DNA of 64,000 nucleotides from Deltaproteobacteria bacterium (GTDB taxonomy: Bacteria; SAR324; NAC60-12): the NCBI GenBank assembly GCA_038133845.1, contig JAYPUA010000015.1, forward strand, positions 2,268-66,267, written 5' to 3'. Of the stretch, positions 26,784 to 35,265 are shown in pieces. A model generated the notes under the pieces. That model was not told where the DNA came from. It did not search any database and was given only the letters and a program-made list of their open reading frames with translations. The position numbers were made by a program, and so were the translations under genes. Numbering within the stretch: the first letter of the stretch is position 1; the number at the start of each line of letters is the position of its first letter.

Positions 26784-27872
26784 ATGCCCCCGGAATCCCT
26801 CCCGGCCTTCCAGCAGGCCCTGGTCGCCTGGTTCCAGAGCGCGCAGCGCAACCTGCCCTGGCGGCGAGCCTACGACCCCTACCAGGTCTGGATCTCCGAG
26901 ATCATGCTGCAGCAGACTCAGGTGAAGACGGTCCTTCCTTATTATGAACGCTGGATGAGACGACTTCCGGACCTGCAGCAACTGGCGGAGGTAGAGGAGT
27001 CGGAGCTGATGAAGCTGTGGGAGGGGTTGGGGTATTACTCGCGCGCGCGAAATCTAAAGAGAGCCGCTCAGCAAGTCTGTGCCGAGCATGGGGGAGAGCT
27101 TCCCCGGAATGTGGCAGAGCTGAAGCAGCTCCCGGGGATCGGCCCATACACCGCCGGAGCGATTGCCAGCATCGCCTACAACCAGGACGCCCCGATTGTG
27201 GACGGAAACGTCCTCCGGGTGCTTTGCCGGCTGGAGGCGCTGGACGCTCCTCCGGACACGCCGGCGCTTCAAAAGCAGCTCTGGCAGCTGGCTCAAGAGT
27301 GGATCCCTTCCGGGCAAGCCCGCTGGTTCAACCAGGGGCTCATGGAGTTGGGAGCAACCGTCTGTCTCCCCCGGAACCCTGAGTGCCTGCTCTGCCCAGT
27401 CCGTGCACACTGTCAGGCTCTGGCTCAGGGACGGGTGAGCGAGTTGCCGCGCCCCAAGGCACGCAAGGCCCCTACGGAGGTGAACAAGGCGGTTGCCGTG
27501 ATCCGCTGGGGCGAGGCGTTGCTCATTCGCCAACGCCGGGAGCCCGGGCTGATGCAGGGGCTGTGGGAGCTGCCCACCGTGGAGTGCCCTCAGAACCAGC
27601 CTCTGCCCGGGCTACTGGAAGCCTGGCTTCACCAAGAACTTGGCACCTCTGCCGCTCCCGGAGCCTTGCTTCAACAAGCCACCCACCGCTACACCACCTT
27701 CAAGGCCACCCTCCACTGTTTCAATGTCTCCTTGAAACCCCTCCCGCTCCCGGAACACTGGACTCCTGTGCGACAATCCAACGTCGCTCAGTACGCCTTT
27801 CCAACTGTTTACCGAAAATTGATCATCCAATTCTTCAAGAAACTGCTTGAAGATGATCCTTTTCTTAAGTAA
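26784..27872 (+). CDS. mutY: A/G-specific adenine glycosylase MutY
   Basis: RNLPWR, YQVWISEIMLQQTQV, WEGLGYYSRARNL, LPGIGPYTAGAIAS, VDGNV and Fe-S motif C-x6-C-x2-C-x5-C. Confidence 0.95.
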   Translation: MPPESLPAFQQALVAWFQSAQRNLPWRRAYDPYQVWISEIMLQQTQVKTVLPYYERWMRRLPDLQQLAEVEESELMKLWEGLGYYSRARNLKRAAQQVCAEHGGELPRNVAELKQLPGIGPYTAGAIASIAYNQDAPIVDGNVLRVLCRLEALDAPPDTPALQKQLWQLAQEWIPSGQARWFNQGLMELGATVCLPRNPECLLCPVRAHCQALAQGRVSELPRPKARKAPTEVNKAVAVIRWGEALLIRQRREPGLMQGLWELPTVECPQNQPLPGLLEAWLHQELGTSAAPGALLQQATHRYTTFKATLHCFNVSLKPLPLPEHWTPVRQSNVAQYAFPTVYRKLIIQFFKKLLEDDPFLK

Positions 27873-27947
27873 TCTTGAAACTAGTTTTATTTCAGGTCTG
27901 TCTCAGACAGGTCCTGTTTTCCCCTTCGTCCCTTTCCTGGAGCACCT

Positions 27948-28295
27948 GTGAAACACATCCCCCTCGTTCTCAGAGAGCGAGTCCATGAGCTCAAGAAAAT
28001 CGGCTACACTCAGAACCATATTGCGGAAGCCCTGGGGATCTCACGCAGCAGTGTGGCCCGGATTCTTCAACGACAGCCCACCGACCTCGGACGCCGTCCC
28101 GGAAGCGGTTTCAAAGGCCTGATCCACGAAAAGGAGCTGGAGTGTCTGCGTGAGTTCTACCAAAAGAACCCAAACGCGCGCTTACGTGAATTTGCTGCTG
28201 AACTGGCAAGCCGCTGCCAAGTCCAAGTCAGCCTCACGACAGTCTCCAACCACCTGAATCGAATGGGCCTCAAGCGCAAGCAGAAGCAGCGCTGA
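27948..28295 (+). CDS. Stand-alone IS630/Tc1-type double-HTH protein (no DDE domain seen)
   Basis: HTH (TQNHIAEALGISRSSVARIL) plus winged HTH (NPNARLREFAAEL...VSLTTVSNHLNRMGL). No catalytic ORF follows. Confidence 0.6.
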   Translation: MKHIPLVLRERVHELKKIGYTQNHIAEALGISRSSVARILQRQPTDLGRRPGSGFKGLIHEKELECLREFYQKNPNARLREFAAELASRCQVQVSLTTVSNHLNRMGLKRKQKQR

Positions 28296-28589
28296 GCGCC
28301 AGAATCCGCCTCTCGCTTCACCTGATGCAGGCTGGATGCTCGAGCCTGCGCTTCTCACACCTGACGTTCTCTCAGAAACCGTCCGGTCTTTGCAGAAGGA
28401 AACGAGAAGTTTCTGCTGGCCGGTCCTCAAGAGGCTTTCTGTGATTTCAGGAAAGTGGAGAAGAGGGAGGGATGAAGAGGGGGATCCGCTTGAGAGTTCC
28501 CGGAGAGCATACCGTCGAGCGGAGCGCTGACAGATTCAGAGCCTTGGCAGGGAGGAGAGGATCAGGAAGGGCTGAAGCCGGAGGAAGGC

Positions 28590-29576
28590 TTACTCCGCAG
28601 CTTGCCGCTCCTGAATAATCGCTTCAGTGTTGTTGCGGAGCAACGGAGCGCTGTTACGAATGGGTTGCTCCCAGAGGCGCAAGATTCGGTCTGCCAAGCG
28701 GTTGACATCGTCTGCCAGGGTCGAGTCGGGAGCGCTGCCCATCAGGGTTTGTCGTTGCCGCGTCAACTCCGAGGCCAGCCCGTCAGCAAAGACAAATCCA
28801 AAAAAATCCACTCGCAGCTTCAGACTCTGCTCCAGGCTGGTCTGAATCTGCTCCAGCGTCCCCAGATCCTCCGGGCCCTGCCCACGGTTGAAGACAATCC
28901 GGGGGCGGTATCCCAGCCACCGTTTGCCTATCCCCTCTCCCAACTCCGGAGAGTCCTTGCTGATCACCTCCATCAACTCGTCCATGGTGAGCGGCTTTTC
29001 AGGGTCTTGGTTCTGCAACATCCGCTGCACCTGCTGGCGCAGAAAAGACTTGGGGGGAAGCGCCCGCTCCACTGTCCGGAAGGCAAAGTTCTTCAGGAAG
29101 GTCATCATGTTCATCAAGGTCGCGTACTCCGGGACCGTGATGATCAGACCGTTGGGGCTCATCCCAAAGTAGTCGAGTGTGTTGTAGCTGCTCCCGGCCC
29201 CCAGGTCGAGCAGGACGTAATCGGCTTGCAGGCGGGTCAGGTTGAGCAGGAGTTTTTGCTTTTGAGCATGAGGCAGGTTGGCCAGAAACGGAGTCCGACC
29301 ATCTCCGGGGAGGAAGCGCAGGTGTTCCCAGGATGTGGGAACCAGCAGCTCCTCCAGGCCCCCTCCACGGTGGAGGAAGTCTCCGATTCCCGGCGAGTTG
29401 TTGCCCAGGCCCAGGTAGGTGTGCAGGTTCGATCCTCCGAGGTCCAGATCCACCGCAATCACCTTTTGCCCCATCTGAGCCAGGGCAATCGCCAGGTTCG
29501 CCGTCAGAAAGGTCTTCCCTACTCCGCCCTTGCCGCTGGCCACCGGGATGAACGTTGGGATCTTGTTGGGTTCCAT
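28590..29576 (-). CDS. FlhG/FleN-like MinD family ATPase
   Basis: SGKGGVGKT, DLDLGGSNLH, LDLGAGSSYNTLDYF and PEYATLMN. Confidence 0.8.
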   Translation of the reverse strand: MEPNKIPTFIPVASGKGGVGKTFLTANLAIALAQMGQKVIAVDLDLGGSNLHTYLGLGNNSPGIGDFLHRGGGLEELLVPTSWEHLRFLPGDGRTPFLANLPHAQKQKLLLNLTRLQADYVLLDLGAGSSYNTLDYFGMSPNGLIITVPEYATLMNMMTFLKNFAFRTVERALPPKSFLRQQVQRMLQNQDPEKPLTMDELMEVISKDSPELGEGIGKRWLGYRPRIVFNRGQGPEDLGTLEQIQTSLEQSLKLRVDFFGFVFADGLASELTRQRQTLMGSAPDSTLADDVNRLADRILRLWEQPIRNSAPLLRNNTEAIIQERQAAE

Positions 29577-29588
29577 CAGGCCTCAGCG

Positions 29589-30011
29589 TTACAGTTGAGA
29601 CGGCACCGCCCAGGGAGGCCACTCTTCCGGAGTGGTGAAGGGCTGGAGATTTTGCAGCCCGCGCAAGGCGTGCTCACTGAACTCCAGCAACGCCATCGGG
29701 CTGGTGAAGTAGTACACATGCTGCTGTCCCCCGACACGCAGCAGCGCCAGGTAGCAGGTCGGCTTGCGGTTCGTCTCGCTGGAGAAGATCCGCAAGGAGA
29801 GCATGCCCTCGTTCTCTCCATAGAAGGACGCCAGCTCATTGGCCACAAAACCGTTGCGCTGCATCGCCTCTGCAACAGGATCGTCCGGACTCTCCAGACG
29901 GAAGGCCTCTCCAGGACGTTGAGTCCGCGGTACCTTCCACAGGATCTCGATCGTTTGCTGCTTCTCCCGGGATTCGTAGTGAACCACATTCAGCTTTCGT
30001 TCTTCCAGCAT
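29589..30011 (-). CDS. Hypothetical protein (140 aa)
   Basis: Protein-like composition; 12 nt upstream of the FlhG-like gene on the same strand. Confidence 0.65.
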   Translation of the reverse strand: MLEERKLNVVHYESREKQQTIEILWKVPRTQRPGEAFRLESPDDPVAEAMQRNGFVANELASFYGENEGMLSLRIFSSETNRKPTCYLALLRVGGQQHVYYFTSPMALLEFSEHALRGLQNLQPFTTPEEWPPWAVPSQL

Positions 30012-30176
30012 ACCGGCTTCTTCTTGGATTGAGATACGTTACAGGCCTCCAGAGACCTCCTCTGACCTAGAGCTTGCGTCGTGATGTTCTTGTTTTTTAT
30101 GATGGAACCTGAATCGCCTTTCCCCTGAATTCCGAAAGGCCCCTTCTTCAAGCTCAAGCGATTGAGGAGAAGACCC

Positions 30177-31301
30177 ATGAAATCCACAGCCTTTCCCTTC
30201 AACTGGAGCGCATGGAAGCGATACGGATTTCTGATCGGGCTGACGACTCTGACTCTGCCCCTTCTGTCCTGGCTCCACATGGAGCGCTCACAGAGTGAGG
30301 CCTACGCCTGGCTCCCCCTCTTCATCATCTTCGGAGTTGTCCCACTCCTGGACTGGATCATCGGCTCAGATCGTCACAACCCCGAACCGGAGGCCTTCAA
30401 GCCGCTGGAGCAGGACCGCTGGTACACGCTCCTGCTCTTGTCCGTTGTCCCCCTCCAACTGGCCTTGATCTTCTGGGGGGTCGGCCTCTATGCCTCTCCG
30501 GAGTTGAGCCTTTGGGGCAAGCTGGGCTGGATGCTCTCCATGGGAGCCGTGCTGAGCACCGCAGGCATCACCGTGGCGCATGAGCTGGTCCACCGCAAAT
30601 CTCCCCTTGAATCCAACGCCGGAGGCCTGCTTCTGGCGAGCGTCTGCCTCGGGAGCTTCAAGGTAGAACACGTCCGGGGGCACCATCAGTATGTGGGTAC
30701 TCCAGAAGACGCCTCATCGGCTCCACTGGGACGTACTGTGTACTCGTGCATTCTAAGTGCCATTTTGAGCAATTTTTTCAAAGCGTGGGAACTCGAAGCC
30801 CAGCGACTGGCCAAGAACGGCCGCTCCGCATGGCACTGGAGCAACGAAGTTCTGGGGTGGTCTCTCGCCTCCGGAGGGCTGCTTTTCCTCTTGATTCAGC
30901 AGCATGGAGTCTGGGGGGGCCTGGGTTTTCTCGGTCAAAGCCTCGTGGCCACCTCGCTGCTGGAGGTGGTCAATTACGTTGAGCATTACGGGCTCCAGCG
31001 GCGGGCGCTGGGCAACGGGCGCTACGAGCCCGTAAGCGCAGCACACTCCTGGAACTCCTCAGCCCTGCTCACCAATCTGCTCCTCTTTCACCTGCAACGC
31101 CACTCGGACCATCACCTCTATGCCCGACGTCCCTATCAGGTGCTACGCAACCACGAAGCAAGCCCACAGCTCCCCTTCGGCTACGGGACCATGGTGCCTT
31201 TGGCCCTGATCCCTCCTCTGTGGTTCTGGATCATGAACCCCCGGGTGGAGGCTGTCATGCAAAAGCATCACGCAACACACCCTTTACCCGAAGCCGTATG
31301 A
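30177..31301 (+). CDS. alkB: Alkane 1-monooxygenase (membrane di-iron)
   Basis: His boxes HELVH, EHVRGHH, NYVEHYG (HYG motif) and LQRHSDHH; several TM helices; GAGGAG RBS. Confidence 0.9.
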   Translation: MKSTAFPFNWSAWKRYGFLIGLTTLTLPLLSWLHMERSQSEAYAWLPLFIIFGVVPLLDWIIGSDRHNPEPEAFKPLEQDRWYTLLLLSVVPLQLALIFWGVGLYASPELSLWGKLGWMLSMGAVLSTAGITVAHELVHRKSPLESNAGGLLLASVCLGSFKVEHVRGHHQYVGTPEDASSAPLGRTVYSCILSAILSNFFKAWELEAQRLAKNGRSAWHWSNEVLGWSLASGGLLFLLIQQHGVWGGLGFLGQSLVATSLLEVVNYVEHYGLQRRALGNGRYEPVSAAHSWNSSALLTNLLLFHLQRHSDHHLYARRPYQVLRNHEASPQLPFGYGTMVPLALIPPLWFWIMNPRVEAVMQKHHATHPLPEAV

Positions 31302-32149
31302 GCGCGAACAAATCACTCTTTGAACAGCAGGGCTTCCTCGTACTGGAGAATTTTGTCTCTACCGAGGCCTGCGAGCGCTTGCAAGCACGCACTCGGGAGT
31401 TGATCGATGCCTTTGATCCGGAGACGCACCGGAGCTTCTTCACCACCAACGAGCAGCAGCGCAACTCGGACGAGTACTTCCTGACCTCCGGAGACCAGGT
31501 CCGTTTCTTCTATGAAGAAGAGGCTTTTGATGACCAAGGGCACCTCCGGCGGGCCAAGGAGGACTCGCTGAACAAGCTGGGGCACGCCATGCATGACCTG
31601 GATCCGGAGTTCTCGCACTTCTCCTACACTTCGCAACTGGCCCATCTGCTGCGCGAGCTTGGATACGTCCGTCCTCAGGCCCTGCAGTCAATGTACATCT
31701 TCAAGCAGCCACACATCGGTGGAGCGGTGAACTGCCACCAGGACGGCACCTTCCTCTACACGGAGCCGCTGAGTGTGACCGGATTCTGGTTTGCGCTGGA
31801 GGATGCGGATCAGGAAAACGGATGCCTCTGGGCCATCCCCGGAGGGCACCGCACTCCGCTCAAGTCTCTGTTTCGGCGGGATGGTTCGGGAGGTATGCGG
31901 TTCGAGGTGCTGGAAGAGCGCGAGTGGCCCCTGGAGCAAGCGGTTCCTTTGGAGGTTCCACGTGGGACGCTGGTGGTGCTTCACGGACAGTTGCCGCACC
32001 TGAGCAAGGCCAATCGATCCCCCCGGACCCGGCACGCCTACACGCTGCACTTCATTGAGGGTGAGGCAAACTATCCGGAGTGGAACTGGCTTCAGCGTCC
32101 GAACCTGCCTCTGCGCGACTACTACGCTACCGTTTCAGCATCGGCCTGA
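31298..32149 (+). CDS. Phytanoyl-CoA dioxygenase family (PhyH/PHYHD1-like) Fe/2OG enzyme
   Basis: QSMYIFKQPHIGG...HQD, ALEDADQENGCLW and HGQLPHLS..NRS. ATGA overlap with the alkB stop. Confidence 0.88.
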   Translation: MSANKSLFEQQGFLVLENFVSTEACERLQARTRELIDAFDPETHRSFFTTNEQQRNSDEYFLTSGDQVRFFYEEEAFDDQGHLRRAKEDSLNKLGHAMHDLDPEFSHFSYTSQLAHLLRELGYVRPQALQSMYIFKQPHIGGAVNCHQDGTFLYTEPLSVTGFWFALEDADQENGCLWAIPGGHRTPLKSLFRRDGSGGMRFEVLEEREWPLEQAVPLEVPRGTLVVLHGQLPHLSKANRSPRTRHAYTLHFIEGEANYPEWNWLQRPNLPLRDYYATVSASA

Positions 32150-33362
32150 GCTGTCCGCTCTGCGGATCCGCCACCCGGATGTCCCACTGGTACTTGTTCT
32201 CCGGACGGTCGCTCATCACTCCTTCCCGCCCTTGGCCATCCGGAGCATAATCCACGATGGCCAGCGGGTTCCCGTCTGCATCCTCCAACACCACGGTAAC
32301 AAACTCGAAGCGCTTGCCCTCGGCGTTGCGCTGGTTGACCAGGTCCTGTGCTGCCTTGGCCGCAATCCGGGCGTACTCCTGCGGGGAAACGGCTTCCGGA
32401 GCGGTGATGCTTGCCTGGGCCCGAGAGCGGGTCGCCACGCTGCGATCCTCCATGCTGTTCAGGGAATAGCTGGGCAGCGTGTCCGGGTTCAAGGTGGGCT
32501 TCTTGGGCTCCTCCAGCAAGAGCAGCAGCAGGGCAATCAGCAAGAGCAGCAGCAGCAGCAGCCCCCACAGTCCACGCCGAGTCCACTCGCCACGCAGGGC
32601 CGGGAACTTCATCGCGATCCGGTCCCAGATTCCAGGCATGAAGGTCAAGCTCATCACCGCCAGCGCGATTCCAGGAATCAGCCCCACCCCCAGGGGCATC
32701 AGCATCGCCATCGCCACTCCGGCGGCAACTCCCGCTGCCGTGAGCCCATAAGGCGCTGCCGCCTGAGCCGCCTGGGCCACATCCGCTGCCGTGACCGCAG
32801 GCTTGCCATCTCGCTCACTGTCTTCTCCACCACCGCCAGCCAGTTCGGGCTCCTCAGGGACATCGGGGTCGGCTGGAGGCGGGTTTGGAGACTCTGCAGC
32901 ATTGGGATCGGCCGGCATGTACATTGAGGTACACCAGCGGTGCTCCGACGTCAGCGTGCTCAGGCACTTGCGGTTCGGCACCGGGAGCGTGAAGAGCGCC
33001 TTCTGGGTGCCCAGCACCACGTTGTGCAGCTTGGCACACTCCGCACAGCATGCGCTGGCGTTGATCTTCACCTTGTCGGTGTTCGCCTCCTTGAGCTGCT
33101 TCAGCCGGCACTGATGCGACTTCTGCTGCTCCTTCCACGAGTCCTTCCCCCGGGAATCCTTGAAGACCGCCAGGTTCCAGTAGAGCACCTGCAGCACATC
33201 CCAGTTTCGCGCCTTCTTGATCAGGTCATGAAACAGCCCCTCAACGACCAGGTCCGGCTCAGGCTCCTTGCCATCCTTCTTGGTCATGGCCTTGAGCTTG
33301 CGCTTGTAGTCTTTGTCGGAAATGCCGTAAGTTTGAAGGTCTTCTGGAAGCGGAACTGCCAT
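32127..33362 (-). CDS. Membrane protein with N-terminal Cys cluster and C-terminal DUF4875-like domain
   Basis: CCAEC...PVPNRKC...RWC, hydrophobic TM stretches, then SRAQASITAPEA...LAIVDYAPDGQG...WDI. The DUF4875 similarity is from memory. Confidence 0.65.
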   Translation of the reverse strand: MAVPLPEDLQTYGISDKDYKRKLKAMTKKDGKEPEPDLVVEGLFHDLIKKARNWDVLQVLYWNLAVFKDSRGKDSWKEQQKSHQCRLKQLKEANTDKVKINASACCAECAKLHNVVLGTQKALFTLPVPNRKCLSTLTSEHRWCTSMYMPADPNAAESPNPPPADPDVPEEPELAGGGGEDSERDGKPAVTAADVAQAAQAAAPYGLTAAGVAAGVAMAMLMPLGVGLIPGIALAVMSLTFMPGIWDRIAMKFPALRGEWTRRGLWGLLLLLLLLIALLLLLLEEPKKPTLNPDTLPSYSLNSMEDRSVATRSRAQASITAPEAVSPQEYARIAAKAAQDLVNQRNAEGKRFEFVTVVLEDADGNPLAIVDYAPDGQGREGVMSDRPENKYQWDIRVADPQSGQLRPMLKR

Positions 33363-33547
33363 GTCAGATAAGCTGTCTCTCTTGTCGCCCGGGGCAAAAA
33401 GGAAGGCGTGCGGTGGCCCCTCCCGGATCGTTTCGCGCCCCGCAGGTCAGGCGTGTGTTCCCTGAATCGACCGAGCAAGGACCAAGGGGCCAAACGGTCA
33501 TACTGTGCGGGCTTTCGCCCGAACCCTCAATGCAAAACAAAGGACGC

Positions 33548-34738
33548 ATGTTTTTGGAAAATCCTCCCCTGATTGAAGTTCCGGGCTTTCGCTGGATGGG
33601 AACCAGCCTGGGCATCAAGGACACCAGCCTCGACTTTGGCGTGCTCGCGTCAGATGTTCCCTGCTCTGCTGCGGCGGTGTTCACCCGCAGCACCATGCCT
33701 GGAGCCCCGATCCTGGTTGGACGGGAACACGTCAGCAAGGGGCAGCTTCAGGCGGTGGTCGTCAACTCCAAGAATGCCAACGTGGCCACCGGAGCCGGAG
33801 GAATCGCCGACGCCCGGGAAATGTGTCAGGGAGTCGCCGAAGCCTTGGGGATCACCCCAGAGTGGGTTCTGCCCTCCTCCACGGGGGTGATCGGACGCCG
33901 CCTGCCGATGTCAAAAATCCGTGAAGGCTTCTCCCGCATCATCCCGGAGTTGGGGTCCAGTACCGCCCACATCGAGTCCTTTGCCCGAGCGATCATGACG
34001 ACTGACACCGTGCCCAAGTGGGCTGTGGGACGCGTGGGGACCGCCACCATCGTCGCTGTAGCCAAAGGGTCCGGCATGATCGAGCCGAACATGGCGACCA
34101 TGCTGAGCTACTTTGCCACGGATGCACAAATCGCTCCGGAGGTGCTGCAACCGCTGCTCACACGAGTTGTCAACCGGAGCTTCAACCGGGTCACCGTTGA
34201 CTCCGACACCTCGACCAGCGATACGGTCGTCCTGCTCGCCAACGGCCAGGCTGGGCCGGTGGGTCTGCAGGAGTTTGAGGATGTCTTCACGCAGATGGCC
34301 ACCTCCCTGGCCCGCAAGCTGGCACGTGATGGAGAGGGTGCGACCAAGCTCATTGAACTGACCGTCTCCGGAGCCCGCAGTCCGGAGATGGCTCTGCAGG
34401 TGGCCAAAACCGTGATCAACTCTCCGCTGGTCAAAACGGCCATCCACGGAGCAGACCCGAACTGGGGGCGCTTTGTCATGGCCGTGGGGAAGGCCTTCGA
34501 ATATCCGGTCCAGCGCGAGGACCTGAGGATCTACTTTGGGCGAGGGGATGAACGGAAGGTCATTGATGCAGAGGGCATGGAGCAGGGAACCGTGGATCTG
34601 GAGGCCATCTCGGAACTCCTGCGCCTTGAGGACGTGCCCATCGAGTTGGTCGTCGGGAAAGGAGACTTCCGGGAGGTCGTCTGGGGATGCGACCTCTCCC
34701 GGGAGTATGTCGCCATCAATGCCGACTACACGACCTGA
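33548..34738 (+). CDS. argJ: Bifunctional ornithine acetyltransferase ArgJ
   Basis: NSKNANVATG, SSTGVIGRRL, IMTTDT, KGSGMIEPNMATML, autoproteolysis site DTSTSDT, DGEGATK, INADYTT. Confidence 0.95.
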   Translation: MFLENPPLIEVPGFRWMGTSLGIKDTSLDFGVLASDVPCSAAAVFTRSTMPGAPILVGREHVSKGQLQAVVVNSKNANVATGAGGIADAREMCQGVAEALGITPEWVLPSSTGVIGRRLPMSKIREGFSRIIPELGSSTAHIESFARAIMTTDTVPKWAVGRVGTATIVAVAKGSGMIEPNMATMLSYFATDAQIAPEVLQPLLTRVVNRSFNRVTVDSDTSTSDTVVLLANGQAGPVGLQEFEDVFTQMATSLARKLARDGEGATKLIELTVSGARSPEMALQVAKTVINSPLVKTAIHGADPNWGRFVMAVGKAFEYPVQREDLRIYFGRGDERKVIDAEGMEQGTVDLEAISELLRLEDVPIELVVGKGDFREVVWGCDLSREYVAINADYTT

Positions 34739-34831
34739 GGCGTTTTTGCTCCAAAGCGGCAGGAGCCTCGCAATCCACGCTCCTGTCGGCTCAAGCCGCG
34801 TCGGTCTCAGCCTGGCCGCTGAGGTCCGGAG

Positions 34832-35176
34832 TCACTCGCAGGAGACGCTGGAGTCCTTGGCCTTGGCTTCTTCACATGCTGCGGCCTTCTGTGCTGCTGC
34901 GTCTTCATCCGCAGAGTCCTTCTTCGCCTCTGCATCCGATTTCAGCGAGTCGGCCTTCTCCGACGCCGAAGCTTTCTTGGACTCTGCATCTTCGTTGGCT
35001 GAGGCTTTTTTCGCCTCCGCATCCGATTTCAGCGAGTCAGCCTTCTCCGAGGCTGCAGCCTTCGTGGACTCGGCCTTGCCCTTCAAGGAGTCCAACTTGT
35101 CGTTCAGGGAAGCTTGCTGGGCTCCGGTGCAGCCGAACAGCAGAAGAGAGGCGTAGATCGCGAACTGTTTTCTCAT
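34832..35176 (-). CDS. Small hydrophilic lipoprotein with 29-aa internal duplication
   Basis: Lipobox LFGC; ASEKADSLKSDAEAKK.SA.EDA occurs twice (87-nt offset: 34923-34963 and 35010-35050). Confidence 0.75.
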   Translation of the reverse strand: MRKQFAIYASLLLFGCTGAQQASLNDKLDSLKGKAESTKAAASEKADSLKSDAEAKKASANEDAESKKASASEKADSLKSDAEAKKDSADEDAAAQKAAACEEAKAKDSSVSCE

Positions 35177-35265
35177 TGAAAATCTTTTCCTTAATCAGTG
35201 AACAAAGAAGGGACCTGCAGGCTTTCCCTGGCGGTCCTGAGGGAACAAGAGCGACTCCATCCTGC

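Noticed and set aside
27875-28590. Complete IS630 element
   Set aside because: A CTAG occurs upstream, but no matching terminal inverted repeat or DDE ORF was found.
32515-32562. CAG microsatellite (phase-variation candidate)
   Set aside because: Interrupted triplets encoding the poly-Leu transmembrane helix; not a pure slippage tract.
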